A stretch of 64,000 nucleotides of DNA from Terrimicrobiaceae bacterium (GCA_041746635.1 JBGTGQ010000034.1:17309-81308), one strand, 5' to 3'; numbered from the stretch's first letter, positions 39,200-49,091 are shown. Program-made: numbers and translations. Notes: generated from the sequence alone by a model not told the origin.

Positions 39200-39526
39200 T
39201 CACTTGGCGGGGATTTTCACACCAGAAACAGGTTCGCCATCAATGTTGACGCCGGACACCTCTTTTCCGGTGGCCGACAATTTCAGAGTATCTTTCCGAC
39301 CGCTCGGCCAGATGATGGAAAATTCGTGCTTCGCTTCATCAATCCACTTCCAAGCTCCAATTTGTTTGTTATTTCCCCAGACAGTCAAATCCTCTTTCAG
39401 CTCGATTGTATCGTTATTGATCCATTTCCAAGAACCAACCGGGCTGCCTGGGGACGATGCTTGCACGTTCAACAAGGTGACAAAGAGAATGAGGAGGGCA
39501 GGGATAATGAGACGAGATTTTTTCAT
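39200..39526 (-). CDS. small secreted protein (signal peptide, internal WKWI repeat)
   Basis: MKKSRLIIPALLILFVTLLNVQA signal peptide. GSWKWINNDT / GAWKWIDEAK duplicated motif. Both antisense ORFs are low-complexity. Confidence 0.55.
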   Translation of the reverse strand: MKKSRLIIPALLILFVTLLNVQASSPGSPVGSWKWINNDTIELKEDLTVWGNNKQIGAWKWIDEAKHEFSIIWPSGRKDTLKLSATGKEVSGVNIDGEPVSGVKIPAK

Positions 39527-39633
39527 AGGTAGTCGCAGGAAACTCTAAGGCAAAAACCGATCGTTGCAACAAAAGATGCAAAAAAGTTTGCCTACAATCG
39601 AGTGTTCGATGATGGCTTCATGCCAAGATAAAT

Positions 39634-40404
39634 TTACACTGGGAGCTCGCCCGAAAAAGCTATGGCGTCAATGAGCGGGAGAGCGATCGTTTGATTCTCC
39701 AAAAGGTAGTTTACATACTGCCAATCGCCTTCATTGTTGACGTCAACCCCTTCGGAATCCCTAGTCAAAAACGGACAGACGGTATTTCCCGATATAGTCC
39801 CCGATTCAAGCACTCTGCTCCACGCGATCTCCAGGCTGGCATTTTGTACATAGACTTCGGGCAGAGCCGCGTATTGAGAACTATGCCAGGGCGTTTCGCC
39901 GTTGAAGTACGGCAAAATGGGCGTCATGATACTCCCGCGAATCACCCACATTTTTCCTGGATGCTGGGCGCATTTTTCCACCGCCCGCAGGGAATCGATG
40001 CCCTCTTGGGCCAGAAACTCAGCCCAAGCCCGTCGAATGGTTTCCGGAAGACGAAAGGGACTTGTCGGCCGAAGGATGCTGAAGCAATCGAAATGCCGTT
40101 CCTCTTGGGCAAAACTCTGCAAGGCGTGCCCGATCCACTCAACATCGGGCGATCTGTCGCCGGAAAACTCCGCTGGGCGCAAGAAGGGAACTTCGGCGCC
40201 GTAGTGGCGGGCGATTTCCGCGTACTGGGCCGAATCGGTTGAGACCACCACCCGCTGGAAGATGCCGGAATCGATGGCGGCGCGGATGGTGTAGGCGATC
40301 ATCGGATGACCGCGGAGGGGGCGGATATTTTTGTCCGTTACGCGTTTCGAGCCCGAACGCGCCGGGATGAGGGCGATGGCGGCGGGGGACAAGGGATTCG
40401 GCAT
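39634..40404 (-). CDS. acylneuraminate (nonulosonate) cytidylyltransferase
   Basis: IALIPARSGSKRVTDKNIRPLRGHPMIAYTI... and LRPTSPFR, the CMP-sugar synthetase (NeuA/KdsB superfamily) signatures. Confidence 0.8.
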   Translation of the reverse strand: MPNPLSPAAIALIPARSGSKRVTDKNIRPLRGHPMIAYTIRAAIDSGIFQRVVVSTDSAQYAEIARHYGAEVPFLRPAEFSGDRSPDVEWIGHALQSFAQEERHFDCFSILRPTSPFRLPETIRRAWAEFLAQEGIDSLRAVEKCAQHPGKMWVIRGSIMTPILPYFNGETPWHSSQYAALPEVYVQNASLEIAWSRVLESGTISGNTVCPFLTRDSEGVDVNNEGDWQYVNYLLENQTIALPLIDAIAFSGELPV

Positions 40405-40417
40405 GGAGGAAACTTAG

Positions 40418-41605
40418 TTAACGACAGGAGATCTCGTGCGCTTTTTGACAAATGGCAATGAACCGTTGGGCATAGAATCTTCCGCGTTTGGTGTTTTCGG
40501 CGAGCAGGGTGGCGGTATCGATTTCCGCAGGTTTGGCCGCCACGATTTCCTGCCATTTCGCACGCAGCGCATCGGCCAGAGAGCTGGAGTTCCCGTCGCG
40601 AAAAAAGAGCCCCTCGGGGGGAGCCTGCTCCCGGTGCGTGGCGATATCGGATAGGACAATGGGCTTATGCAGGGTGCGCGCCTCCTCGACCGTAGTGCTC
40701 CAGCCTTCAAAACGGGAGGGTTGTACCAGTAGAGCGGCTTGACGATAGACTTGGATCTGTTCCCGGCGTGGAACGATGCCCAGAAAAGTGATTTGGCTTT
40801 CGAGATTCAGGGCTTTGATTTTTGCGATCATGGCCTGTCGGAATTCGTCGGTTCGATAATCTTCCAGAGATCCGGTGCTGACCAAGGGGATCACAAGACC
40901 CTGTTCTTTCAGTTGGGCCAGCGCATCGAAAAGCACATCGTGGCCCTTGTGCTGCCACATTTGATTCGCGCAATATAAAAACCGTTGCGGCAGCCGCCGA
41001 TGCTCCAGGGCCTGGCACGGATCGGGGGCAAGGTCGGACTCTTCCATGATTGCGTGGAAGGAAAGCACCTCGACCGGCAGATGCCGGAAGTTGGGAAAAA
41101 AAGTATGAAAATCCTTCCGGGCGGACTCGCTGCTTAGAACGAGAAGGCGGCACGATTGGAGTAGCTGATCGTAGCCGGCATCGCGCTGATTGCGTTCCTC
41201 CAAGGTAAAATATTCGGGATAATGTTTGTATTGAAAGTCCGGTATCCAATGGATCGCCAGCGGGTGCGCGGCGGCATCGCCGCCTTTCTGAGGGAAGGCC
41301 ACGGTGCAGTCATCAGAGAGCCACCCCGTGGCCATTCCATCCTGCTTGGTCCATCGAGCGGTCATCCGATCGACCCGGACTATTTCGGATTCCCTGACCA
41401 GGGCTTCCAGACCGGTCACATCCCGCTTGCGTGAGACCCGCAAAAAGACAGGCGGACACTTTTTGGGCGAAATCATGTTTAACGCCAGGATCAGGTTTCG
41501 GGCATATTGGGCCCCGCCCAGCCAGTGGGAATCACCAGTGAGATAGAGAAGAATACCCATGGGCTTTTCCGGCCGGCGAAAAATCTTCCTGAAAAACTCT
41601 TTCAT
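40418..41605 (-). CDS. glycosyltransferase family 4 (paralogue of 30319..31509)
   Basis: RFEGWSTTVEEARTLHKPIVLSDIATHREQAP. ATG at 41605 (MKEFF...). The upstream 83 codons overlap the methyltransferase gene. Confidence 0.8.
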   Translation of the reverse strand: MKEFFRKIFRRPEKPMGILLYLTGDSHWLGGAQYARNLILALNMISPKKCPPVFLRVSRKRDVTGLEALVRESEIVRVDRMTARWTKQDGMATGWLSDDCTVAFPQKGGDAAAHPLAIHWIPDFQYKHYPEYFTLEERNQRDAGYDQLLQSCRLLVLSSESARKDFHTFFPNFRHLPVEVLSFHAIMEESDLAPDPCQALEHRRLPQRFLYCANQMWQHKGHDVLFDALAQLKEQGLVIPLVSTGSLEDYRTDEFRQAMIAKIKALNLESQITFLGIVPRREQIQVYRQAALLVQPSRFEGWSTTVEEARTLHKPIVLSDIATHREQAPPEGLFFRDGNSSSLADALRAKWQEIVAAKPAEIDTATLLAENTKRGRFYAQRFIAICQKAHEISCR

Positions 41606-41630
41606 CAACAAGTGTGCGCGGGAAACCGAC

Positions 41631-42398
41631 TCAGAGACGCTGACGGATGGCAAAACCGATCCCGTAGCCCAGTTCAGAAAAGCGATAGCAGGTGAAGCGC
41701 TGGTCGCTCTCCACCACTGACTTCCAAACTTCGACAAGGTGGGGATGCTTGCGGTGGGCAATATCATCGAACACCAATGCACCGCCCACGGACACCCGCG
41801 GCAAAACCTCCCTGAGATCCTGGGCCGCGCCTTCCGCCGTGTGATCCCCATCAACCGTTACAATGTCAAAATAGAGGTCGGGATTCGCATCCAGATGCTT
41901 TTGCAGAACCTGATGGGAGTCGCCAATAACGAAATGACGCTCGCCTTTGTGACCAACCCGTTCCAGTTCCCTGCGGACGAGGTCCGGACCGGGATTCTCC
42001 ATATCCGCATAATTTTTTTTCTTCCACCGATCCAGCAAGGTCAGCTCACAACGCGGTGCAAACCTTCCCACTGCGCAGGCGCTCCGGCCCCGCCGGACCC
42101 CGATCTCCAGATAGGTCCGCGGCTTCAAGAGCTCGGCCAGGGTAACCAAAACTGTGATGATATCCGCATATTTCCACTTCTTCCCGAAGCGTTTGAGGCC
42201 GGCATCGTAATAGCCCTTCAAATAGAGAGTGTAGTCGTCATCCGATAATAACCCATAAAGCTTTCGCGCTTTGACCACCTGCTCGGCATTTAAGAGCACC
42301 GAGGAGATGGTGTTGATCCCGATGATCGTCGGGTCATAATAATCAGACCCGGCTTTTTCAGGAAGGAAGGTCGTAAAGGGATTGTAGATGGGACTCAT
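41631..42398 (-). CDS. class I SAM-dependent methyltransferase (Methyltransf_24-like)
   Basis: LEIGVRRGRSA...VTVDGDHTAEGAAQDL...GGALVFDDI. Confidence 0.7.
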   Translation of the reverse strand: MSPIYNPFTTFLPEKAGSDYYDPTIIGINTISSVLLNAEQVVKARKLYGLLSDDDYTLYLKGYYDAGLKRFGKKWKYADIITVLVTLAELLKPRTYLEIGVRRGRSACAVGRFAPRCELTLLDRWKKKNYADMENPGPDLVRRELERVGHKGERHFVIGDSHQVLQKHLDANPDLYFDIVTVDGDHTAEGAAQDLREVLPRVSVGGALVFDDIAHRKHPHLVEVWKSVVESDQRFTCYRFSELGYGIGFAIRQRL

Positions 42399-42430
42399 GA
42401 ATTTCTGTAAGATGGGATAATGTGAACTGA

Positions 42431-43138
42431 TTAAAGAGTTCTCACGGAGAGAGGGGCATGTGAATAGGCCACTGAGTCAGCAGGAACGTCCTTGGTTACG
42501 ACAGAACCGGCCCCGACAATGCTGTGATCCCCGATCGTGCACCCCTTGAAGATGAATGCTCCGGCGGCAATCCAGCAATAGTCCCCGATCGAAATGGGCG
42601 CGGAGCTGATGCGGGGAACGGGGGCTTTGACTTTCCTGATCATGCAATCAAGCTCGGTTTGGCGAAGAGTCCAGTCCTTGTGATGCGTATCATTATCGTA
42701 GAGATTTACATCATGGGCAATCATGACACCGGTGCCGATTTCAATGTGGTTGACGCTATAAATGATCGTATTGTCGCCGATGTAAACGCCCTCGCCTATG
42801 TGAATTTTTCCCCCGCGGCTGGCATGCAGAATGCCACGGACAATGCTGTTGGCCCCGATCGTGACGTTTTCCGGGGGACCGTCGTTGTTAATCTGGAAGC
42901 CGTAACCAAGGCGCACAGTGGGATCAAGCTGGCACTGGCTAGCCGCCCGTTTCCAAATCATTCTTCCAAACACAGAGGATACCTTATGCAGCAAGTGCCG
43001 CAGTAAGGAATCCAGCCAGCCTCCGGCCTCCGCGTCCTTTGCCTCAATCAACGCCCCGCTGCCAAAGGCGTGGGAAAACGCCTTGAGAAGCTGGGTATCC
43101 CGACAGGGCGAAGCCGGAGGTTTCGGCGGGGGCTTCAT
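42431..43138 (-). CDS. hexapeptide-repeat acyl/acetyltransferase
   Basis: Beta-helix repeats (IGANSIVRGIL..., IGDYCWIAAGAFIFKGCTIGDHSIVGAGSVVTKDVP). Confidence 0.8.
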   Translation of the reverse strand: MKPPPKPPASPCRDTQLLKAFSHAFGSGALIEAKDAEAGGWLDSLLRHLLHKVSSVFGRMIWKRAASQCQLDPTVRLGYGFQINNDGPPENVTIGANSIVRGILHASRGGKIHIGEGVYIGDNTIIYSVNHIEIGTGVMIAHDVNLYDNDTHHKDWTLRQTELDCMIRKVKAPVPRISSAPISIGDYCWIAAGAFIFKGCTIGDHSIVGAGSVVTKDVPADSVAYSHAPLSVRTL

Positions 43139-43180
43139 GAGCGGAGGCGCTTTTTGCCGTATGCGGACATCCTATCCATT

Positions 43181-44656
43181 TTAGATAGTGCTGGCACTTA
43201 GCGTGGAAAAATAGAGGTCCTTAAGGTTGGAGTAGATATCAAGGGCCTCGCAGCCTGGCTCCCGGCTGCCGTTGCCCGATGCTTTGACGCCGCCAAAGGG
43301 CATGTGCGGCTCGCTTCCATAGGTTCCCGCGTTGACCACTGCCACGCCCGATTCCACCAGCCGCGTGAACTCCATGGCGCGATCGAAGTTCTTCGTATGG
43401 ATGCAAGCGGTCAGTCCGTAAGGAGACTTATTAGCCAGACTAAGGGCTTCCGCGAAACCGGACACCTTGTAAAGGCAGGCCACCGGCCCAAATAATTCAT
43501 GCTGGGAAATTTCGGCGTCCGGGTGCGCATTCTCAAGGAAGGTCGGTGCCATATAGAAACCGGAGGCATGTCCGGGACCAGTCAGGCGGTTTCCTCCGGT
43601 CAAAACCGTGGCACCTTCCAGCCGAGCCTTGCCCACCGCATCGAGCATGCGTTGAAGCTGGCGGGCGTTGATCACAGGACCAAAGTCGTCCGCATCGTCG
43701 GGACCCACTTTTTGCGTTTCCGCGCCCTTCACGAGTTTCTCGCGCAGGGCCTCGTAAATTGAATCGAAAATGATGATACGGCTGGCGGCGGCACAGCGCT
43801 GGCCGGCGTTGCTGAACGCAGATAACAAAATCCACTTGGCGGCATTATCCAGGTCGGCATCGTCACAGACGACGAGGGGGTTTTTGCCACCCAATTCCAA
43901 GGAAACCTTGGCCAGCCGGCGACCGGCCACCTCAGCAATAAGCCTTCCGACCGCGGAGGATCCGGTGAAACTAATCACGCCGACCCGTTCATCGGCAACC
44001 AAGGCCGCGCCTGCTTCCACTCCCAAACCTTGCATAATATTCAAGACGCCATCCGGCAATCCGGCGGCCTTGGCAAGGCGCGCGAAAACAATCGCGGTGG
44101 CCGGTGTATCTTCAGCCGCCTTGAGCACGGCCGTATTTCCGCAAATCAGTGCCGGAAAAACCTTCCAAGCCACGTTTGCAATCGGCGTATTGGCGGCAAT
44201 GATCAGTCCGGCCAGGCCAACGGGCTGACGAACGGTCATGGCCCACTTATTGGGCGTTCCGCTGGTGGTTGTTTTGCCGTAAAGGCGCTGACCTTCGCCT
44301 GCGTAGAAAAATCCCAAGGCGGCCGCGCCTTCGACTTCTCCCAAGGCATTGGCTAAGGACTTGCCGGTTTCAAGCGCCACGATACGGGCCACTTCTTCCC
44401 GGTGGTCGAGCAAGGCGGCGGCAATCCCGCGAAGGATATCGCCCCGTTTGACAGCGGGCACTTCGGCCCAAGCCGGTTGGACACTCCGCGCTGTCTCGAT
44501 GGCGGCTGAAACATCCTGGGCATCGGATCGCGACACCTCGAACAACACGGTGCCATCGTGAGGATTGAGTTTTTCCAGAATCCTTCCCTTTAGGGCAGCC
44601 TGCTCTTTTCCTGCGATGAAGTTTAAAACTTCCTTGAAACTCGTAAGATCGTTCAT
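43181..44656 (-). CDS. NAD(P)-dependent aldehyde dehydrogenase
   Basis: FTGSSAVG, SLELGGKNP and SNAGQRCAA (catalytic Cys) motifs. ATG at 44656 (MNDLTSFKE). The longer ORF overlaps the upstream gene. Confidence 0.85.
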   Translation of the reverse strand: MNDLTSFKEVLNFIAGKEQAALKGRILEKLNPHDGTVLFEVSRSDAQDVSAAIETARSVQPAWAEVPAVKRGDILRGIAAALLDHREEVARIVALETGKSLANALGEVEGAAALGFFYAGEGQRLYGKTTTSGTPNKWAMTVRQPVGLAGLIIAANTPIANVAWKVFPALICGNTAVLKAAEDTPATAIVFARLAKAAGLPDGVLNIMQGLGVEAGAALVADERVGVISFTGSSAVGRLIAEVAGRRLAKVSLELGGKNPLVVCDDADLDNAAKWILLSAFSNAGQRCAAASRIIIFDSIYEALREKLVKGAETQKVGPDDADDFGPVINARQLQRMLDAVGKARLEGATVLTGGNRLTGPGHASGFYMAPTFLENAHPDAEISQHELFGPVACLYKVSGFAEALSLANKSPYGLTACIHTKNFDRAMEFTRLVESGVAVVNAGTYGSEPHMPFGGVKASGNGSREPGCEALDIYSNLKDLYFSTLSASTI

Positions 44657-44669
44657 TGGTAGATAGCTA

Positions 44670-45611
44670 TCAGTGATTCCCTGCCCTTGAGAACTCGGAT
44701 TTCCAATCCAAAGCACATTCCGCCACAGCGTGGGCCAGCGCTGGGGCTTTGAGCGGGCCGGCCAATTGTTCCAACAGCGTCGTGTCAGCCCTCCACCGAA
44801 CCGGATCCCCCGGAGGAGAGCTGTCCGCAACTTTCAGCGGCTTGGAACACCCGACAGCATCCATGACCTGCCGGGCCAGTTCAGCGACGGAAGTTTCCAC
44901 ACCGCTGGCAAGATTCACGGCGGTGAACCGGCCCGGCAAGGAGGGATTTTCCATAAGTCGGAACAGCCGCTCCATGCAGTCCCGGACAGGCAGGTAATCC
45001 CGCGTCTCTTCTCCCGTCCCATGGATGACCAATTGCGGGTCGTCCGCAAGCACCCGCTGCACCAGCTCCCACAAAAGAAGCCGACGTTGCTCGCGGCCGA
45101 AAACAGAAAACAGCCTCACCGCCAGGACGGAGATGCCATAACAGACATTAAACTCCCGCGCCAGAAGCTCGCAAGCCAGTTTGTGAAAACCATACGGCGA
45201 GATGGGCTGGAGGGGGGCATCTTCCGCAATCGGAAGAGTCGGGGGGTTGCCATAGACAGCGGCGCTGGAGGGGAAAACAACCAGGGCTTGTGATTTCGCC
45301 TCGCGAACTCCTTCCAGGAGATTGGCAAAAGTAAGAACTGAGGCCTTGAGGTCATCCAGGGGGGATAACAAGGAGCGTCCCACCGAGGCCGAACCGGCGG
45401 CATGAACCACCACATCCGGCGCAAAGTCTTCGATGATTGGGGACAGCCGCGACGTGGCCACGTCAACACTGAGGTACTCGTACTCGCCCGTCATTTTCAA
45501 GGAGGGCTGAGCGGAACGGGCCAGGCCGAGAACGTCGTGTCCTCGCGCAGACGCATCCGCGGCCACACTTCCGCCCACGAATCCGCCGCAGCCGGTAACG
45601 AGAATTTTCAT
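44670..45611 (-). CDS. NAD-dependent sugar epimerase/dehydratase (SDR)
   Basis: MKILVTGCGGFVGG and SPYGFHK (YxxxK). ATGA overlap at 45608-45611. Confidence 0.85.
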   Translation of the reverse strand: MKILVTGCGGFVGGSVAADASARGHDVLGLARSAQPSLKMTGEYEYLSVDVATSRLSPIIEDFAPDVVVHAAGSASVGRSLLSPLDDLKASVLTFANLLEGVREAKSQALVVFPSSAAVYGNPPTLPIAEDAPLQPISPYGFHKLACELLAREFNVCYGISVLAVRLFSVFGREQRRLLLWELVQRVLADDPQLVIHGTGEETRDYLPVRDCMERLFRLMENPSLPGRFTAVNLASGVETSVAELARQVMDAVGCSKPLKVADSSPPGDPVRWRADTTLLEQLAGPLKAPALAHAVAECALDWKSEFSRAGNH

Positions 45612-47329
45612 GCGGGTTGCGGGGCGGCGGCCGCCATGTTTTCTGCCTCATCTTCTGCGCGATACACGAAGGGCGCTCCCTCGATGATCCCGCGGCAAAT
45701 GACACCAAGTCCCGGGTCGGCTTTGTCGGAAAAACTTTCCAGCGAATCGGCCACCATGGTGAAGGGGCGCTTTGTTTTGGGTATTTGCTCCACCACGCGC
45801 AGTGGAATCATCCGGCGGAAGAAGAAATGATAGGCGTACTTCAGCGCGCGCATTTTGGTTACTTCCGGCAAGCGTTGTAGCTTGGGGAGCGCATCGAGCA
45901 AACGAAAGTAAGATTCCGGAGAAGTGGCATCATCGGTCAGACCCTTGTTGCGAATCCACGCTTCCCCGGCCACGATCACCGGAATGCCGATGCTGGTGAG
46001 TTCGACTCCGGTTTTGGTGCCGTAAATGATGGCGGTGTCGCAATCCAACGCCAGCGCATACGTGCTCACGTCTTTCTCGGGACCGATAATCCGGATGTTC
46101 TCAGGGAGCGCGGGAAACAGCCTTGCTATTTCCTCTGCCATCAACTGCCGGGACGGAATACCTCCACGGATCTCCGCCGGATGAACCCTGATGATCAAAT
46201 TCAAGTCCGGCCGTTTGGAAAAATAACGGATGGTCTGCTCGATCCAGTCAAGCATGTTCAAAAATGCATTCGCGCGATAATGCAACTGGGCATCCCAAAT
46301 CACGTTGGTAAGCAGAAGAATGCTTGGCTGGCTTTTTTCAAAATGCAGCTCTTGCCGGATCCGCTCGATATCCTCGGTGGGGTTCTCGTGGAAATAGATC
46401 CAATCCTGGGATCCCTGCCAGCGGCTCTTGAGGTATTCCATGGCCTGTTGCTGAATTTTTTCCGTCCAACTTATCGAATCCCACGTACCGACCGGTTCAT
46501 CGACCAAGGTATGATGATACGTGTCGCCGTGGCTGAAGATAAATCGTTGCTTCCTGTAGGCCACCACCCAGTTGGCGATTCGCACCCCCGACTGACGCGC
46601 GACCTCGCCAATGATTCCCTGCGGAATATAGATCCCGTGATGAAAACTGAGGCAACGAAAGGAACGTGAAGCCAACAGCCGACCCATGGCCATGGCGGTG
46701 AGAAGTGAAGCTTCAAAATAACGCCGCAGAACCGGTTCCGCCGTTTCCTCCTGGCTCAAATCGCCCCGCGCGAAAAAACGCAAGGCCCCCGCGGCGGCGT
46801 GTTCCCCGGCGGACAATCCCCGGAATTTGAAGTCGGGGATGTCGGCCATCGGCGTCTTCTGGGCCAGACGAGACGCAGACTTTTTGTCTCCCTTGGTAAG
46901 GAAGTCGGAATACTTCAAAACCGGCAGCCCGAGTGCTCCATAAGTGCTGTCTCCGGCGCCGAAGCAAGCCTGACAATGATTGGACGGACCCGCTTCCACG
47001 AACTGCCACGGGCTTTTGAACATTTTGAAGGTGCATTGCTCGCAGGCTGTCAGCGCACCGTCACAGAGAAGAAAACTTACCCTTGCCCCCCGCAGGGTCA
47101 GCGCGATGGCGAGCACCATGTCCAATTCGCGCACAGCTGCGTGACCACCCACACTAGACGCCAGTAAAATCTCCGGGCCACTCTGCGCAGCCCGAACGGC
47201 TTTTCGCCACTTATCCCCCTCGCGTTCGAGAAAATCCGCGAGGTGTTTAGGCGGGGGCTGACGCGGTGCGGCCACCGGTCTTTTCGGTGGCAAGAATTTC
47301 CTGAGAAAGGAAAACAGTTCCATTACCAT
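45608..47329 (-). CDS. capsule-biosynthesis (KpsS/KpsC, Capsule_synth)-like GT-B protein with N-terminal Cys cluster
   Basis: 573 aa. LNLIIRVHPAE and AIIYGTKTGVELTSIGIPVIVAGEAW resemble the KpsS/KpsC/LipB family. N-terminal C-x6-C-x2-C ... C-x2-C cluster. The assignment is from motif memory only. Confidence 0.5.
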   Translation of the reverse strand: MVMELFSFLRKFLPPKRPVAAPRQPPPKHLADFLEREGDKWRKAVRAAQSGPEILLASSVGGHAAVRELDMVLAIALTLRGARVSFLLCDGALTACEQCTFKMFKSPWQFVEAGPSNHCQACFGAGDSTYGALGLPVLKYSDFLTKGDKKSASRLAQKTPMADIPDFKFRGLSAGEHAAAGALRFFARGDLSQEETAEPVLRRYFEASLLTAMAMGRLLASRSFRCLSFHHGIYIPQGIIGEVARQSGVRIANWVVAYRKQRFIFSHGDTYHHTLVDEPVGTWDSISWTEKIQQQAMEYLKSRWQGSQDWIYFHENPTEDIERIRQELHFEKSQPSILLLTNVIWDAQLHYRANAFLNMLDWIEQTIRYFSKRPDLNLIIRVHPAEIRGGIPSRQLMAEEIARLFPALPENIRIIGPEKDVSTYALALDCDTAIIYGTKTGVELTSIGIPVIVAGEAWIRNKGLTDDATSPESYFRLLDALPKLQRLPEVTKMRALKYAYHFFFRRMIPLRVVEQIPKTKRPFTMVADSLESFSDKADPGLGVICRGIIEGAPFVYRAEDEAENMAAAAPQPA

Positions 47330-48120
47330 GCGGTCCAGCCACCATCCACCACCACATCGGAACCCGTCATGTATTTTGAAGCCTCGGAAAGCAACAGCAC
47401 GACGGGACCGAAATAATCCTCCGCCGTGGCCATGCGCCCCATGGGCATGCGGTTGAGATAGCCTTTCAGAAACTTTTCATCCTGACCGTCGGAAACTCCA
47501 GCGAGAGTGAGGGTGTTGACCCGCACCCCTTGGGATGCCCAATAAGTGGAAAGATATCTCGTAAGATTGTAAAGAGCCGACTTTGAAGCCGAATAAGCAA
47601 CGGGTTTAAAAAAAGCATTCCCGTCGTTTTCCCGATAAGTGTAGATTCTCTGATCCGGAGAAACCGCGCCATAGATCGAACTAATGTTGATAATGGATCC
47701 GCGGCCGGCCTGCGCCATGGCTCCGCCAAAGACCTGGCAGCAGAGAAACACGCCCTTGACGTTGACATCCATGACCGCATCCCATGATTTTTCCGGGTAG
47801 GTTTCAAACGGCCCGTTTTCTTCCGCCGGGCTGTTGGGAGGTGAGTCGAGAGCGGCATTATTGATTAGGCCGAAAGGCACCTCCCATCGACGGGTGATCA
47901 ACGCCAACGCGGCTTCCAATTCGGATCGCACCAGCACATTGGCGGCCACATGCAGAATCTCATCGTTGGAAACCGCATTTTTCACCGCATCCGCCCGGTC
48001 GATCACCGCCAGTCTCGCACCGCGATCAACCAAACATCTGCTGTATTCGCGGCCAAGGCGGCCCATTCCCCCGGTCACCACCACAACTTTGTTTTCCAGA
48101 GAAAACAGCGGATCATTCAT
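47323..48120 (-). CDS. SDR family oxidoreductase (classical short-chain type)
   Basis: VVVVTGGMGRLG, NNAA and a YSASK catalytic motif. Confidence 0.85.
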   Translation of the reverse strand: MNDPLFSLENKVVVVTGGMGRLGREYSRCLVDRGARLAVIDRADAVKNAVSNDEILHVAANVLVRSELEAALALITRRWEVPFGLINNAALDSPPNSPAEENGPFETYPEKSWDAVMDVNVKGVFLCCQVFGGAMAQAGRGSIINISSIYGAVSPDQRIYTYRENDGNAFFKPVAYSASKSALYNLTRYLSTYWASQGVRVNTLTLAGVSDGQDEKFLKGYLNRMPMGRMATAEDYFGPVVLLLSEASKYMTGSDVVVDGGWTAW

Positions 48121-49091
48121 TAGTAATTTGCTTTCTTTTCATATCCGATGGCTATTTCGCGACAATGTTCGTAAATCCCGCGGCAGTGAGCCTCCATGAA
48201 GGCCGCGTCCTCCGGGGCAACATGGCTCGAGCGGTCGAGCGCATCGGCCAGAATGCCCGGATTGGGGGCCGCGAAAGATGTATCCGCCCGAATTGGCATT
48301 CCGTTAAAGGTCGGGGTCAGAAGCTTTTCGGAAAACGCGATACCCAGATCGCAGCAAAGTGCCGTCATGATCTCGCGGGGGCGGGCAACCAAATCCTCAA
48401 AGATGACGACAAGGACATTCCGGCCCGACTTTTGTAATTGGAGGGCGGCAAGCGTGGAGGCTTGCCAGAGAAAGGCCGCTTCAACGCGATCTCCATAGAC
48501 CTTCGGATCATGCCGTTTGGCCGATGCCAGCCAGGAAACAGGGTCTCTTACCATCGTAATCAAGGCACCATCTGGATAATCGGAAAAAAATCGCTCCGGT
48601 TCACCCGGCATCATGGAAAGCCGGGCGGAAAATGCACACCAGCATTTTACCTCCGCAGGAAAACCATAGTCCGACCAAGCTTGGAAATAACTCCAGACGA
48701 ACCGATCAAGCAAGTTTCGGGGCAAAGGCACGGTGAGCCCCTCACACGCGTCGAGAAAAAGTTGACGATGCTCCCGCACATCCAGCTTGAAATCAAACCG
48801 ATCGGGCGCCGTCACAGCTGCCGGCGAGGCCTTGACATATCCTTTTTGAGCTAATTTCTCCACCAGCGGATCCTCCAGCTGATTGAAGGTCTCATCCGGC
48901 CCAACATAGGAAGGCAAGGCCGCCCAAAAATGCTTGAGACGCGATCCGAATCTCAACTCAGAGTGTCGCACAAGCATTTGAGGATGGCCGTCAAAAAGCT
49001 GGGTTAAGAACGTGCCCCCGCTTCTTTGCACCTGGGAAATCAAGACAAGCGGAGGCGAAAAATCGCTTGGAAATGCCGTATAATTCTCCAT
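48120..49091 (-). CDS. sulfotransferase family protein
   Basis: ISQVQRSGGTFLTQL (5'-PSB-like loop) and ITMVRDPVSWLAS (3'-PB-like RDP motif). ATG at 49091 (MENYTAF). The longer ORF overlaps the upstream gene. Confidence 0.6.
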   Translation of the reverse strand: MENYTAFPSDFSPPLVLISQVQRSGGTFLTQLFDGHPQMLVRHSELRFGSRLKHFWAALPSYVGPDETFNQLEDPLVEKLAQKGYVKASPAAVTAPDRFDFKLDVREHRQLFLDACEGLTVPLPRNLLDRFVWSYFQAWSDYGFPAEVKCWCAFSARLSMMPGEPERFFSDYPDGALITMVRDPVSWLASAKRHDPKVYGDRVEAAFLWQASTLAALQLQKSGRNVLVVIFEDLVARPREIMTALCCDLGIAFSEKLLTPTFNGMPIRADTSFAAPNPGILADALDRSSHVAPEDAAFMEAHCRGIYEHCREIAIGYEKKANY

